From Eledone cirrhosa (Eukaryota): a DNA stretch of 64,000 bases. The notes under the pieces were generated by a model that did no database searches, was not told the origin of the DNA, and saw nothing but the letters and a program-made list of their open reading frames with translations. Positions 62,495 through 64,000 of this stretch are shown piece by piece. The first letter of the stretch is position 1. Every line of letters starts with the position of its first letter. The position numbers were made by a program, and so were the translations under genes. The stretch is from assembly GCA_964016885.1 (NCBI GenBank), contig OZ024766.1, positions 17,360,001 to 17,424,000 of the forward strand, written 5' to 3'.

Positions 62495-64000
62495 GTGGTG
62501 AGGGGGGGGGGGGGGCTGGGAACTGGCGGTGTTGAGGTGGTGTTGTGGTGTTGGTGTTGGTGTTGGTGGTGTTGTTGGTGTTGTTGGTGTTGGTGGTGGT
62601 GGTGGTGATGGTAGTGGTGGTGGTGGTGTTGTTGGTGGTGGTGGTGGTGGTAGTGTTGTGGTGTTGGTGGTGGTGTTGGTGGTGGTGTTGGTGTTGGTGT
62701 TGGTGGTGGTGGTGGTGGTGTTGGTGGTGGTGGTGTTGGTGGTGGTGGTGGTGGTGGTGGTGGTGTGGTGAGGTGGGGTGGCGGAGGGCGGCGGGGCTGG
62801 GAACTGGCGGTGTTGAGGTGGTGTTGTGGTGTTGGTGGTGGTGTTGGTGGTGGTGGTGGTGTGGTGAGGTGGGGTGGCGGAGGGCGGCGGGGCTGGGAAC
62901 TGGCGGTGTTGAGGTGGTGTTGTGGTGTTGGTGGTGGTGTTGGTGGTGGTGGTGGTGTGGTGAGGTGGGGTGGCGGAGGGCGGCGGGGCTGGGAACTGGC
63001 GGTGTTGAGGTGGTGTTGTGGTGTTGGTGGTGGTGTTGGTGGTGGTGGTGGTGTGGTGAGGTGGGGTGGCAGAGGGCGGCGGGGCTGGGAGCTGGCGGTG
63101 TTGTGGTGGTGTTGTGGTGTTGGTGATGGTGTTGTTGTTGGTGGTGGTGTTGTTGGTGGTGGTGTTGGTGGTGTTGGTGTTGGTGTTGGTGGTGTTGTTG
63201 GTGGTGTTGGTGTTGTTGGTGGTGGTGTTGGTGGTGTTGGTGTTGGTGTTGGTGGTGTTGTTGGTGGTGTTGGTGTTGTTGGTGGTGTTGTTGGTGGTGT
63301 TGGTGTTGTTGGTGGTGTTGGTGGTGTTGGTGGTGTTGTTGGTGGTGTTGGTGGTGTTGGTGGTGTTGGTGGTGGTGGTGTTGTTGTTGTTGGTGGTGGT
63401 GTTGGTGATGGTGGTGTTGTTGGTGGTGTTGGTGGTGTTGGTGGTGTTGTTGGTGGTGGTGTTGTTGTTGTTGGTGGTGGTGTTGGTGTTGTTGTTGTTG
63501 GTGGTGTTGTTGTTGTTGGTGTTGTTGTTGGTGGTGGTGTTGTTGTTGGTGGTGGTGTTGTTGTTGGTGGTGGTGGTGTTGTTGGTGGTGGTGTTGGTGT
63601 TGGTGTTGTTGGTGGTGTTGTTGGTGTTGTTGGTGTTGGTGGTGGTGTTGTTGTTGGTGGTGGTGGTGTTGTTGGTGGTGGTGTTGGTGTTGTTGGTGGT
63701 GTTGTTGGTGTTGTTGTTGTTGGTGGTGTTGGTGGTGTTGTTGGTGGTGTTGGTGGTGGTGCTGTTGTTGTTGGTGGTGGTGTTGGTGTTGTTGTTGTTG
63801 GTGGTGTTGTTGTTGTGGTGTTGTTGGTGGTGGTGGTGGTGTTGTGGTGTTGTTGGTGGTGTTGTTGGTGTTGTTGGTGGTGGTGTTGTTGTTGTTGGTG
63901 GTGGTGTTGGTGGTGTTGTTGTTGGTGTTGTTGTTGTTGTTGGTGTTGTTGTTGGGTGGTGGTGTTGGTGGTGGTGTTGGTGTTGTTGTTGTTGGTGTTG
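62495..64000. repeat. (GGT/GTT)n low-complexity tract containing a 90-bp GC-rich unit repeated 4 times at about 62760-63110
   Basis: Read directly; runs to the window end. Confidence 0.95.

Noticed and set aside
62495-64000. Possible mucin-like Thr/Pro or Gly/Val-rich coding exon
   Set aside because: A degenerate trinucleotide tract with register shifts and no convincing start or splice sites. It cannot be excluded without RNA data.

Overview
Eukaryotic, repeat-saturated genomic DNA. The (TA)n runs, RTE, L1/Tx1 and Penelope retroelements, DD37D mariner relics and SINEs resemble an octopus or other cephalopod genome; this is an inference. Almost all ORFs in the supplied track are translations of satellites or transposons. 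Hidden between them is a spliced minus-strand host gene that the track largely misses. It runs from a signal-peptide exon (33533-33412) through two small Cys-rich exons forming an EMI-like domain (19082-18993, 17904-17852) to at least five 123-bp, phase 1-1 calcium-binding EGF exons (10482, 8792, 8197, 5531, 2263), and it continues off the left edge. All junctions are GT-AG and in frame. The EGF exons sit in tandemly duplicated, satellite-filled cassettes and differ almost only at amino-acid-changing sites, while the adjacent intron is nearly identical. A second, diverged promoter plus signal-peptide exon (53341-53220) lies about 20 kb upstream with the same splice phase. Both leaders have a GAA-rich satellite of different length between the putative TATA box and the ATG. 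The window also holds Penelope elements with several type I hammerhead ribozyme motifs, many fold-back palindromes in (TA)n, and minisatellites derived from LINE and SINE tails.
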